64,000 bases of DNA, from positions 564,790 through 628,789 of the forward strand of contig OY970314.1 in the NCBI GenBank assembly GCA_963716475.1, in the 5' to 3' direction. Position 1 is the first letter of the stretch. Every line of letters begins with the position of its first letter. The translations under genes were made by a program, and so were the position numbers. This document shows, one piece after another, positions 1-9,681 of this stretch. The notes under the pieces were generated by a model. The model saw only the letters and a program-made list of their open reading frames with translations, made no database searches and was not told the origin of the DNA. This DNA comes from Candidatus Woesebacteria bacterium. GTDB taxonomy: Bacteria; Patescibacteriota; Microgenomatia; UBA8517.

Positions 1-1542
1 TTTTCCGACGGGAGGAAATAGAAATTTTCCTTCTTTTGCTACGGTCCCGAATGGTTTAATTAGAGCCGTGTTTCTGGTACCGTCTTTTTGGAATAGGGAC
101 GGGGGATATTCAGACCAAGCCAAAAAGTACTTCAAAGAAGGCTCCCCTGCGCTGCTTATCATCACTTGATCATAATTTTTGGATTCGGAAATGGCCGAAC
201 TTACCATCTCCTGATACCCTGCCTGCCACCACCTCTCAGAATCCCAAGGATAATGGACAAAATAATAATGTAAATAATTAATAGTGCTCCAGAGAAGAAT
301 CCCCACAATTGCGAATGCCCAAACAAATTTAACATTTCCCTTCAGCAGCCTATAGACATAAACCAGTCCTATACTCGCTACGACTATTAAAGGAAAAACT
401 AACAAAAACTGCCTTGTTGCGTGATTTCCGCCGTCTTGAGTCAGAGCTCCGGGAATCGGGCTGGCGAAAAGAAGAAAAAGAAATGTATATTTTTCTTTAC
501 CTAAAATTGCTTTACGTCCGGTAAGAACAAAGCAAATGCCGGCAAGGATTAAGACAGATTCAACTGCGTATAATTCTCCCGAAGCGGAAGAGTTCTGACG
601 TGGGGAAGGATCTCCCTTTGTAAACAAAAAGTCCGTCGAAAAGGTTTCAAAATAGTTATCAATAAAAATGTTGCCAAAAACTATTAATTTGTTATGCAGA
701 ATTTTTCCAAGAAAAGGATTTTGGGATACATCGCCCATCTCCTGGTCTACTACACGGGGTGCCCCGATTTCCCCGCTTAAAGTCGGGTGATTAAATATAG
801 AAATAGAGTCGAAGCGGGCTACCCCTTGCCCAAAGACTGTATTTATAGCAAACGGAACGGTAATTAGTAAAAAAATTACAGAACTTATTACCAAATATAT
901 TTTCTTAATTTTAAAAATATCCTTGTGCCAAATCAAAAACATTGCGACAACAGTCAGGGGTAAAAATAATTTTGCGGTACTATAAATCCATGGCGTAAAA
1001 CCTAAAAGTATTGCCGTGGGTATAAGCCAAATATTTTTCCTTAGTCCATAAAGAAAAAACAGAATCCCTGCAAAGAAAAAGATGTAAAGCATGGTCGCTT
1101 CAAAACCCGCTCTGGAATAATGAATATGCCAGGGAAGTATTGATATTAGGATTGCAGAAATAAGTCCTATATATTTATTTTTAGTAAGCTCTTTGGTCAA
1201 AAAATAAGTTATCAGTATACCTAAAATACCAAATACTGCCGCAGGCAAACGAACGCCTAAGGAAGATATGCCAAAAAACGCTATTGTTGGAATGGATGCA
1301 TAAATGTATAAGGGGGTTCTCCATTCTGCCAAAGACTGAATATGCATGGGTAGAAAATTGCCTGAATAATCTCTGCCGGTTTTGAGAAGCGAAAGGGCCT
1401 GATAACCTACATCCAGCTCATCTCCAAAAAGGGAAACAGGATCTTTATCCAACCGATAAAGCCTTAAGAAAGATCCAAAAAAAATAGTAAAAACCAGGGA
1501 GATTAATATAAACCTTTTGTTCTTAATTATGTTACCCATCAT
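1..1542 (-). CDS. GT-C fold integral membrane glycosyltransferase, GT39/PMT_2-like (ArnT/Pmt family). The C-terminus runs off the window edge. Paralog of the next gene
   Basis: The ORF track omits it because there is no in-window stop. My translation from ATG at 1542 reads MMGNIIKNKRFILISLVFTIFFGSFLRLYRLDKDP...GDELDVGYQALSLLKTGRDYSGNFLP and stays open to position 1. The N-terminus is colinear with the 1539..3176 protein (RVYKITTLPMYGDELTTVYDTYSVLKTGHD). Its start overlaps the upstream stop as ATGA. Confidence 0.6.
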   Translation of the reverse strand, partial: MMGNIIKNKRFILISLVFTIFFGSFLRLYRLDKDPVSLFGDELDVGYQALSLLKTGRDYSGNFLPMHIQSLAEWRTPLYIYASIPTIAFFGISSLGVRLPAAVFGILGILITYFLTKELTKNKYIGLISAILISILPWHIHYSRAGFEATMLYIFFFAGILFFLYGLRKNIWLIPTAILLGFTPWIYSTAKLFLPLTVVAMFLIWHKDIFKIKKIYLVISSVIFLLITVPFAINTVFGQGVARFDSISIFNHPTLSGEIGAPRVVDQEMGDVSQNPFLGKILHNKLIVFGNIFIDNYFETFSTDFLFTKGDPSPRQNSSASGELYAVESVLILAGICFVLTGRKAILGKEKYTFLFLLFASPIPGALTQDGGNHATRQFLLVFPLIVVASIGLVYVYRLLKGNVKFVWAFAIVGILLWSTINYLHYYFVHYPWDSERWWQAGYQEMVSSAISESKNYDQVMISSAGEPSLKYFLAWSEYPPSLFQKDGTRNTALIKPFGTVAKEGKFLFPPVGK

Positions 1543-3176
1543 ACTTCTTTTTTAATAATAGACAACATTCGTTGACCTGTAGGGCTATAAACCCTGTTAA
1601 GTACCGTGCCTTCGACATTTTCAGTTACATCTATAACATATAAAACAGACCCGTTTATGCTGTTAATAAAATTAACAACTTCGTTATCGGGTATATTTGT
1701 GATATATACATTCCCAAATTTCTTAAACTTATATTTTCCGAAATCAAAAAGGGTTTTATTTGCAGCTATTACTATATTTGGATCAATTTTATTATAGACG
1801 GGGTACGCATATTGAATGTTGTCAATTTGATCGGATAAGAAAATGTAATCATATTGCCTCATATGATCATTAGCTATCCCTGCGGCCACCTCTGCAGGAT
1901 ATGACCAAAAGTTATAATACTTAACCGGCGAGAGAAAATAGAGTTTGTCTAAGAGGAATATAAACTGTAACAACCACGGAGCTCCTATCAGTAAAAAAAA
2001 CAAAAGTTTGTTTCTCCTATTTCTAATATCTGTAATCTCCGAAAGGCCAACTGCTGATAATAAAACAAGAGGTGGAAGCATAAATGAATCTCGTAAGGCG
2101 TGTGGTGTTATAAGGAGTGCGGCAGCCACGGGTGCAAGAAAGATCCAGGATACAAGAAAAATAAAGATTTTCCGGTTTTTATTCCAAAGAATCACTAGAC
2201 TTACAAGTATCAGCACTATCTCAACCAGATATAATTCTCCTATTCCCGTCATGTTATGGACAGGGTTCCCGTCCCCTGAAATAAACAAGAAGTTAAATGA
2301 TAAATTATCTAAGTAGGCATTTCTTAAAGAAACAAAATACTCAACCGGCCTATTATGAAAATATTGTGAGAGATTTTCCCCAATTGAATCAATAGATCTT
2401 TCAAAGTTAACTTTTTGAATTATTTGCTGTTTTATAGCCGGATCGGCAAATATATTAATATCGGTAAATCTTTGTTCAGATTTACCGAATAAAGTCTGTT
2501 GGACCGAAACAAGTACTGCAACCGCCCCTACTACTAAGGCAATTATCTTAAACCAACGATATCCTTTACTCAAAAAATTTCTAATGGCTCCTCTATCAAA
2601 CCAAATCAGAAGGGCGAGAATCAAAAACAAGGTAAGTTTATAAGTGGAATATGTATGTATGGAGAGTCCCCATGCGACTGCAAACCCCAAATAATATTTA
2701 GGGTTATCTTTGGCCATGAGAAAAAAAAGAAGCCCCAGGATAGCCAACATTAGGGCAAAATGGGCCTCAAATCCGCCTCTGGAAAGAGACAGGTCCCAAG
2801 GTGAAATTGCAATCAGAAAAGCTGCTATAAAACCGGTATTTTGGTTGAATAACCTCTTCCCCAAAAAATACATTATGACAATCATCCCGAGTCCCGAAAG
2901 AATCGAGAGGCTTCGGACTCCCAGTGCTGTTGGACCAAAAATAGCTACGAAAGGAATCGAGAAATAAATATATCCTGCCGGCCGTCCGGCACCCATTTGA
3001 AAAGTAATAGGGAGAAAATTCCCCAATTGATCATGACCGGTTTTAAGAACCGAGTAGGTATCATAAACCGTTGTCAGTTCGTCACCATACATCGGAAGTG
3101 TCGTAATTTTATAAACCCGAAGCAAAAACCCGAGCAGCAATATGCCAAAAAGAACCAAGATGGATTTACGGGACAT
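1539..3176 (-). CDS. GT39/PMT_2-like (ArnT/Pmt family) polytopic membrane glycosyltransferase
   Basis: 545 aa with about 12 predicted TM helices. It has a conserved first-loop acidic motif (YGDELTT) and an ArnT-like fold pattern with a C-terminal soluble domain. It is a paralog of the 1..1542 gene. Confidence 0.7.
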   Translation of the reverse strand: MSRKSILVLFGILLLGFLLRVYKITTLPMYGDELTTVYDTYSVLKTGHDQLGNFLPITFQMGAGRPAGYIYFSIPFVAIFGPTALGVRSLSILSGLGMIVIMYFLGKRLFNQNTGFIAAFLIAISPWDLSLSRGGFEAHFALMLAILGLLFFLMAKDNPKYYLGFAVAWGLSIHTYSTYKLTLFLILALLIWFDRGAIRNFLSKGYRWFKIIALVVGAVAVLVSVQQTLFGKSEQRFTDINIFADPAIKQQIIQKVNFERSIDSIGENLSQYFHNRPVEYFVSLRNAYLDNLSFNFLFISGDGNPVHNMTGIGELYLVEIVLILVSLVILWNKNRKIFIFLVSWIFLAPVAAALLITPHALRDSFMLPPLVLLSAVGLSEITDIRNRRNKLLFFLLIGAPWLLQFIFLLDKLYFLSPVKYYNFWSYPAEVAAGIANDHMRQYDYIFLSDQIDNIQYAYPVYNKIDPNIVIAANKTLFDFGKYKFKKFGNVYITNIPDNEVVNFINSINGSVLYVIDVTENVEGTVLNRVYSPTGQRMLSIIKKEV

Positions 3177-3184
3177 ATGTACAT

Positions 3185-3202
3185 TATAATTTAGCTGTGG
3201 AG
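3185..3202 (+). promoter_or_regulatory. candidate -10 box (TATAAT at 3185..3190) and GGAG ribosome-binding site (3199..3202) for the plus-strand membrane-protein gene. The divergent intergenic region is only about 35 nt
   Basis: TATAAT is read directly in the 3177..3211 gap. GGAG lies 9 nt upstream of the ATG at 3212, which is the likely real start. The tracked ORF starts at GTG 3197. Confidence 0.25.
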
Positions 3203-5059
3203 AAAATACTAATGGGGGGAATCGTCGGATTTGTCCTTTTTACACTAATTTCCTACGTGCTAATAGTGCTTAATATTCCATTTCTTATCATCCCAATTAC
3301 ACTTTTGGCAATTATTGTAGGTGCCAAACCTCTGGTGAAAACACTAAAACAAATCAAAATTAAATTTGACGGATTAACCATCCTAACCATAATTGTTTTC
3401 ATTGTCGGAATCGCCGGACAAATGCTGGTCATCTCCCCCAGCGGAATTTTTAAAAACGGGGACTTGCTTTTTTGGTCTTCTAACGGACACGACGGAGCCT
3501 GGCATATAGCACTGATGGAGGAGATAAAGAAAGGTTACCCGTTTCAAAACCCGGTTTTTGCAGGTGAAAAGCTTGTTAATTATCATTTCTTTTCGGATAT
3601 TGCGCCTGCAATAATTTCTAAATACCTCCCCTTATCCGACTTGAATTTATATTTCAGAATATTCCCTTTTATTTACTCCCTTTTCTTCGGTGTGTCTGCA
3701 TACTACCTTACTAAGAAAATTACGGATAGCCGCACCGCCGGGATCTGGGCAACTATTTTTACATATTTTGCGGGAAGCTTTGGATACATAATCGGTAAAG
3801 GTGAAAGTGTCTTCTGGGCAACTCAACCGCAAAGTGCCAGTGGAAATCCACCCCAAATAGTTTCTGATTTTATTCTAATGGCAGCACTTTACTTTCTGTT
3901 AGCGATGTTACAGAAAAATGAACACAAATATACATTCTGGATTTGTGTTCTTCTAACCGGCACCTTGGCTGAATTTAAAGTCTATGCTGCAATTGTAATT
4001 CTGGGGTCTCTATTTCTTGCCGGAATTTGGCAAATGCTAAGGGAGAGAAAAATTCAAATACTTCTTTTGACAATTCTTAGCGGAGCCCTTGCTGCAATTT
4101 TATATTTACCAAATTCGAGCGGATCGGTTTCTTTTCTGATTTTTCAACCCTGGTGGTATATCAGGACTATGATTGTCGAGCCTTCCCGCCTGAATTTATT
4201 GGACTGGGAACTTCGACGCCAAACATATATTTATGAACACAACTGGAAACGGGTGATATTTCTGGAAGGATTAGGATTTCTGATTTTCTTCTTCGGAAAC
4301 CTGGGAATGAGATTCGTTGGGCTTTGGGATGGCTTTAAATTTGTAAAAAGTTCCCTCAAGAATTATTTCAATTTAATTTTCATTTTAATTATCTTTTCTT
4401 CTTTAGTACTTCCGCTCTTGTTCCTGCAGAAAGGTGTTGCCAGTAATACCAGTCAATTCCTTCAATATTTCGTCCTTCTTATCGGAATACTTGCCGGTAT
4501 ATCGGTAGCAAGACTTATAAAATTTGTTAAATTTCCCGTCTTCCAGATACTTATAGCTCTGATATTTATAGCTACGATGATTCCTACTCAAATCGGTCTA
4601 CTTCGCGATTTCTACGGATCTCCCGGACATTTACGTCAGGCTTTTGCTAAAATTTCGGCATCCGAGATTCAAGCGCTTGGCTACATTAAAAACAACACTT
4701 CTCCGAAAACGGTCATTTTGACGCCCCCATATGATCAGTATCCGGAAGTCGGAGGTCTTACCCCAAACGTTTGGAACTGGTCTGATACCGGTTACGTTTC
4801 AGCATTTTCATCCAGAAGGACATATTTTGACGACCACGAACAGGTAGATATCATGGGTTATGAATGGAAAGGACGTCTAACGATAAAAGAGAAGATATTT
4901 AAGGAGAAGGACCCGAATATCTTCAGCCGGGAGGTTAATGAAACTAAGTCACAAATTCTGTATTTTCCTAAAGTTTTCCGCCCGCTGGTGGATCTGACAA
5001 AAACAGGGTTGACTAAGATTTATGAAAACTCTGAGGTAGAAGTCTGGAAAATAAGTTAG
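3197..5059 (+). CDS. polytopic membrane protein with C-terminal extracytoplasmic domain. Putative GT-C glycosyltransferase of an unnamed family B (paralog of 6791..8440)
   Basis: 620 aa with many TM helices. It shares the motif HDGAWHIALMEEIKKGYPFQNPVFAGEKLVNYHF with RDGVWHEALIGQLKLGIPPQNPGFAGVALTNYHY in the 6791..8440 protein. It is the only plus-strand gene in the GT-C block. The probable true start is ATG 3212 (MGGIVGF) after GGAG. Confidence 0.6.
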   Translation: MEKILMGGIVGFVLFTLISYVLIVLNIPFLIIPITLLAIIVGAKPLVKTLKQIKIKFDGLTILTIIVFIVGIAGQMLVISPSGIFKNGDLLFWSSNGHDGAWHIALMEEIKKGYPFQNPVFAGEKLVNYHFFSDIAPAIISKYLPLSDLNLYFRIFPFIYSLFFGVSAYYLTKKITDSRTAGIWATIFTYFAGSFGYIIGKGESVFWATQPQSASGNPPQIVSDFILMAALYFLLAMLQKNEHKYTFWICVLLTGTLAEFKVYAAIVILGSLFLAGIWQMLRERKIQILLLTILSGALAAILYLPNSSGSVSFLIFQPWWYIRTMIVEPSRLNLLDWELRRQTYIYEHNWKRVIFLEGLGFLIFFFGNLGMRFVGLWDGFKFVKSSLKNYFNLIFILIIFSSLVLPLLFLQKGVASNTSQFLQYFVLLIGILAGISVARLIKFVKFPVFQILIALIFIATMIPTQIGLLRDFYGSPGHLRQAFAKISASEIQALGYIKNNTSPKTVILTPPYDQYPEVGGLTPNVWNWSDTGYVSAFSSRRTYFDDHEQVDIMGYEWKGRLTIKEKIFKEKDPNIFSREVNETKSQILYFPKVFRPLVDLTKTGLTKIYENSEVEVWKIS

Positions 5060-5606
5060 AGTAAATACTTCTTATTATCATAATCTTACTTACAGGTTTA
5101 AAATATAGGACGATCGGAAGCCCCCCCGGATGTGTATCTTTATCGTAATTATAATGGTCTATCCAACTCGGCGGGTTTTGACTAAGAAAAACTTCAATCA
5201 GATCTTCGGGTCCTGCCCCGGGTGAGCTCAGGGTAAAAACATACACCTTATTTTCCGAATCAGGAATAGTATCAAATACAAATTTTACAAAACTACCATC
5301 CTGTACATTTTGGCCATTTATCACCGATGTTCTTATCGGGTTCATCTTATCATCGAAAAGATTCAATATAATGTCTTTCTTATTTTTTAAATTGGGGTTT
5401 TTTATTGACGTCCCTATCGCCGTCAGGTTTGCGTCCTGAGATGTAAACGTTTGGGTCACATTTCTAAAATCATAAATGCTCAACGTCTGGCTATAGCCTG
5501 GTTGATCGTCTCCGGGAATCAATTTTATCCCCAAGGCGAGTACGGCAGGAGCGACAAACACCAAAAATAATATTGTTATTGTAGTAAACCAGATTAGCTT
5601 TTTCAT
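5013..5606 (-). CDS. hypothetical signal-anchored secreted protein
   Basis: 197 aa with one N-terminal hydrophobic helix (MKKLIWFTTITILFLVFVAPAVLALG). No recognisable domain. Its 3' end overlaps the convergent gene by 47 nt. Confidence 0.4.
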   Translation of the reverse strand: MKKLIWFTTITILFLVFVAPAVLALGIKLIPGDDQPGYSQTLSIYDFRNVTQTFTSQDANLTAIGTSIKNPNLKNKKDIILNLFDDKMNPIRTSVINGQNVQDGSFVKFVFDTIPDSENKVYVFTLSSPGAGPEDLIEVFLSQNPPSWIDHYNYDKDTHPGGLPIVLYFKPVSKIMIIRSIYSNLFSRLLPQSFHKS

Positions 5607-5624
5607 AAAATTCTCTTTTTCGTA

Positions 5625-6791
5625 TTATGCCCCCTTAAAATTCTTGTACGTCATCACCAAACTTCCTGCTGCAAGTATCGAATGGAAAACAGCTATTATA
5701 TTATTGGGATCATAAACTTTCTGTATCACAGTAAACGGTGTAGGAAGCATATCGTACCATGTGCTAAATATCCTAAATAAAGAAATTGTCATAAACCTAT
5801 CTTGATAAAGAATGGGTATTGCAAAAGCTAGTATGCCAAAAAAGAATATCAGCCTGGAAAGGTTCGGTTTTTTTACTGATAAAATAACCAAAAAGGGAGC
5901 AATCCAAAGAAGCCACTGAATGTGAAATAGTGTGAAGGAAAAGATAATCAAAAATAATGTAACCCAATAATTAAAGACGTTCAATTTTTTATCGATAAGT
6001 ACTGCGTAAAAGAAAAGGATGGCGAGAGCCAAAGTTGTAAAATCAGACGTAAAAATGCCTGTGGTAAGCCCAGAAACCAGAGCTGATTGGAAAAAAGCCG
6101 TTGAGATAAACGGTAATACGATAACCCCAAAGATTATTATTGGAGTTGCGGCAAGAACGAATTTTTCCTTCACACTACGTCCCGACAAAAATAAAAATGG
6201 AACGAATAAAAGAGGATATAATTTAAATCCGGAAGCCAAACCGAGAATAAGCGAGGCGGAAAATAATTTTTGTTTTTTGATCATCAAAAATGCCAAGATC
6301 GTAAGTACTGCCGGAAAGATGTCTACGTTAGAAAATACATAAATCAGAACTATCGTGAAGGGGTTAAATAACCAAAATATATAAGCTTTTTTCTTATCTG
6401 CTTTGTTTTCAAAGAACTGCATTAGAAGAAACGCTACACCAATATCCAAAACCAAATACGGGAGCTTAAGCACAATAAGATACCTAAAGATATTCGGATT
6501 GTTAACAACAGAGTTGGCTCCGGCATCGGACAACCAAGATGTAAAGTTATTACCCAAAATCGGCGACACAATCCACTGATAGCCGCCTAAAGTAAAATAA
6601 GTCAAAGGAAAATAAACAAAATCATCTTTCAGCGGCAAAGATTTTTTATTATTAACCAGATAAGTGTAAATGTTAAAAACTCCCTTTTTCAGAAAAGATG
6701 CTTGATAATTGTAAGTTTTGATATCAGGGTGAAATAGAAACGCCGCCACCAAAACTCTTAAAAAAATTGCCAAAACCAGAAGTTTTTTCAT
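5625..6791 (-). CDS. polytopic membrane protein, DUF2029/GT87-like GT-C candidate (family C, paralog of 8437..9681)
   Basis: 388 aa. Shared block LKLPYLVLDIGVAFLL...FWLFNP...LILGLASGFKLYPLLF matches LKLPYLPFDIGTAFLL...FWIFNP...LLLGLGASFKIYPLLF in the paralog. Its start overlaps the upstream stop by 1 nt. Confidence 0.55.
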   Translation of the reverse strand: MKKLLVLAIFLRVLVAAFLFHPDIKTYNYQASFLKKGVFNIYTYLVNNKKSLPLKDDFVYFPLTYFTLGGYQWIVSPILGNNFTSWLSDAGANSVVNNPNIFRYLIVLKLPYLVLDIGVAFLLMQFFENKADKKKAYIFWLFNPFTIVLIYVFSNVDIFPAVLTILAFLMIKKQKLFSASLILGLASGFKLYPLLFVPFLFLSGRSVKEKFVLAATPIIIFGVIVLPFISTAFFQSALVSGLTTGIFTSDFTTLALAILFFYAVLIDKKLNVFNYWVTLFLIIFSFTLFHIQWLLWIAPFLVILSVKKPNLSRLIFFFGILAFAIPILYQDRFMTISLFRIFSTWYDMLPTPFTVIQKVYDPNNIIAVFHSILAAGSLVMTYKNFKGA

Positions 6792-8440
6792 TATTGTTCT
6801 ACCTCATATATGTTAACACTGTCATTTTCAAAAATCTTTTTCATGGAATACTCTCCCTCTGCCATTGGAAGCTGGTAAATCTTTGGTACATATACGTAAC
6901 GGATGTTATTACTCTTTAAAAACTGGTCGGACCAATTCAGATCTTTCTCGGTAAAAAAACGATCCGCCTCGTCAACCCTAACCGTATAATTTGTATTAAG
7001 AACAATCTGTTGTTCCGCATCCTCAATAAATACCGGCTTTCCTGAATATGCCGAAACATAGGCATTATCCGCATATACAAATAATGGGTATGGGTCGGTA
7101 TATTTATTTTTAAGGTTTGAGTCATAAGGGTGTTTTAAAATAACCCCGGGCGGTTCCAGTTTTAAAAAATTGAGCGCCTGATATTCCTTTAACGGTAAAT
7201 AAGCCGGCGGATTTGGGTAAAGTACGCTACGAAATGTGGCATATGAACTTATGGGAGTAATCAATAAAACTAAAACTAAAATAGGAATTGAAAACTTTGA
7301 CAACGCAAAAGCAGCATATAGACCCGTAAAATATAGAAAATAGTAAAAGAATTGAATAACATTCCAAGGGTTTCCTTTCTGGACAAAAAGAAGGGTGGGG
7401 AAGGTAGCAGCCCCCATCATCAGAAAGATAAAGAGATGAAGGTCAGACCTAAAAAACTTTTTACGAAGACCCCAGAGAGCGGTAATTCTTGTTCCCAAAT
7501 TTCCTACAAAAAATATTAATAAACTAATTAGCTCGATCGCACCGAAGCTTAACCACCTGTGTCCTCCAAAGTACGCAAAACGTCTTGCCGTAAAATTCGG
7601 AATGCCAACCCTATCCCCCGCATCTATCATTGTGTCAATTAACCAAAGCGGCTGAAATCCGATCAGACTTGCAGCGCCTTTCCCTATCGATAAATAAATA
7701 CCTATAAATATGACTGCCGAAAAAATGAAAACCGGCAACAAGGTATAATTTTTGTCAAAAAATATTTTCTTCAAAGTTAAGAAGAAGAGTGCGGCTATAA
7801 CTATCGCACCTGCATAAGCTTTAAACCCTACAAGTGCCCCCAATAAAACGGATAGCACCACTCCTTTAATCAGATTTGGTTTTTTAAGATAATTATCAAG
7901 AAGTATTACGCCAAATATTATTATCACCAGAGATATGGCATAAGGCGGATTGAGATTCATTGAAACCGGCTGGTTGGCCCAAAATGCCGATTCTCCGGCC
8001 AAAGGTTGGTGCTTAGCGAGACTTACTATCCAACCAAAACTACTTCCAAAATAGGCAAAAAATACCGCAAGTATACTTACCAGTTTACTGCCAAAAAGCC
8101 TTCGGGCGAGTAAATATGTCCCAATCCCTAAAAGAATCGAGAAAATTACCGGGAAAAACCGATATATGAGGAACGACGGGTTAATGGTAGATAATCTTGA
8201 AACAATTGCAACAAGTAAATCATAAAGATAGTGATAATTAGTAAGAGCCACTCCCGCAAACCCGGGGTTTTGTGGGGGAATACCTAATTTTAATTGACCG
8301 ATCAACGCTTCGTGCCAAACTCCATCCCGGGCCAATGGGCCAAAGTATCCGACACCATAATGATAAAGCTGGCCACTGCGAAACATGGCTACCCCCTGGA
8401 AAATTGTTCCCAAAATGGTTAAAACAATTAAAATAATCAT
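6791..8440 (-). CDS. family B polytopic membrane protein (paralog of 3197..5059), putative GT-C glycosyltransferase
   Basis: 549 aa. Shares the DGVWH...QNPGFAG motif and similar C-terminal soluble domain with 3197..5059. Confidence 0.6.
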   Translation of the reverse strand: MIILIVLTILGTIFQGVAMFRSGQLYHYGVGYFGPLARDGVWHEALIGQLKLGIPPQNPGFAGVALTNYHYLYDLLVAIVSRLSTINPSFLIYRFFPVIFSILLGIGTYLLARRLFGSKLVSILAVFFAYFGSSFGWIVSLAKHQPLAGESAFWANQPVSMNLNPPYAISLVIIIFGVILLDNYLKKPNLIKGVVLSVLLGALVGFKAYAGAIVIAALFFLTLKKIFFDKNYTLLPVFIFSAVIFIGIYLSIGKGAASLIGFQPLWLIDTMIDAGDRVGIPNFTARRFAYFGGHRWLSFGAIELISLLIFFVGNLGTRITALWGLRKKFFRSDLHLFIFLMMGAATFPTLLFVQKGNPWNVIQFFYYFLYFTGLYAAFALSKFSIPILVLVLLITPISSYATFRSVLYPNPPAYLPLKEYQALNFLKLEPPGVILKHPYDSNLKNKYTDPYPLFVYADNAYVSAYSGKPVFIEDAEQQIVLNTNYTVRVDEADRFFTEKDLNWSDQFLKSNNIRYVYVPKIYQLPMAEGEYSMKKIFENDSVNIYEVEQ

Positions 8441-9681
8441 ACCTGGTCAGTCCTTTTGGGGAAGTAATAATAAATATAAAAGGCAGCTACCGATACAAAA
8501 ACTGTCTGGAGAATGCTCCTCGCATAATTAATATCCACATTAATTCCTAAGCTTTGCCAAATACCAACCCGCCCGTAAAGTGAAGGAACTAAGGGTGAGA
8601 ACAGCCAGACGCTAAGACCCGGATCAAAAAAACTCACCTGACCAAGCCAAACAACCACTGCCAAAAGAGCCAGTGGCCAGTGTTTTAATTGTGATTTAAC
8701 TAAATCAATCACCAAAAACGGAGTCAACCAGGTAAACCATTGAGGATGAGTATGTGTAAAAATAAAGAATATGAGAATTACCACAAAAAATCTCTGCCAA
8801 AGATCACCAATCTTCGCTTTGTTGTAAAAGAAAACTATATATAAGAAAAGTATGAAAAGAGGGAAAAATATAATTGACTCCCCACCCGACACGGGAAGGG
8901 CCGCATAAAGACTTTTGGTTGTCTGTCCGGCGAGAAGAGCACTGCTCCTAAATCCGGAGGAGCCGATAAAGGGTAATATCCCGGCAACATAGGTTAACGC
9001 CCCGATTCCGACAATCTTTATGCGATCGGCCCACTTTTCCCTGAGAAGTGCAAGCGGAACCAAAAATAATAACGGATATATTTTAAAAGATGCTCCGAGA
9101 CCCAATAATAAAGAGGCAAAGAAATATTTTTCTTTCTTCACGGCAAGATAAAGTGCCGCAACCGTAATGAATGTAGGAATGATATCAAACTGTCCCATCA
9201 TGTAAGTTGCATATAAATTTACAGGATTAAATATCCAAAAAGTAAATGCCAGGAATTTATTTTTGGGGTTTTTAAAGAAATTAAAGAGTAAAAACGCGGT
9301 ACCTATATCAAACGGCAAATATGGAAGCTTGAGTGCCAGAAGAAGGAAGTTAAGCTGTAAATTCCCCAAGATCCCCGGCAAGTTAAAAATAAAATTATGA
9401 AGGATATCGCGGCTAAAAGGCAATGTTAACAAATGGGTTATCGGACCCAGGAAAAAATAAAATAAAGGCGGGTAGATAAAAAGATCCGTAGGATAAATCT
9501 TTAAGATCGGATCTGTTAGGGGAAGGTTTCTTAAATAATCATAGAAATTTAAGACATTGCCCTTGGCTATAACCTCGCCTGCATAATAGAATGCCTGGAT
9601 ATCCGAATGGAAGGTGGTAAAGGCCAAGAAGAAACGGACTAAAATTCCTATCACCAGAACTAAAATAATTTTTCTTTTCAT
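8437..9681 (-). CDS. family C DUF2029/GT87-like polytopic membrane protein (paralog of 5625..6791)
   Basis: 414 aa. See the shared motif block listed under 5625..6791. It has 4-nt ATGA overlaps on both sides. Confidence 0.55.
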   Translation of the reverse strand: MKRKIILVLVIGILVRFFLAFTTFHSDIQAFYYAGEVIAKGNVLNFYDYLRNLPLTDPILKIYPTDLFIYPPLFYFFLGPITHLLTLPFSRDILHNFIFNLPGILGNLQLNFLLLALKLPYLPFDIGTAFLLFNFFKNPKNKFLAFTFWIFNPVNLYATYMMGQFDIIPTFITVAALYLAVKKEKYFFASLLLGLGASFKIYPLLFLVPLALLREKWADRIKIVGIGALTYVAGILPFIGSSGFRSSALLAGQTTKSLYAALPVSGGESIIFFPLFILFLYIVFFYNKAKIGDLWQRFFVVILIFFIFTHTHPQWFTWLTPFLVIDLVKSQLKHWPLALLAVVVWLGQVSFFDPGLSVWLFSPLVPSLYGRVGIWQSLGINVDINYARSILQTVFVSVAAFYIYYYFPKRTDQV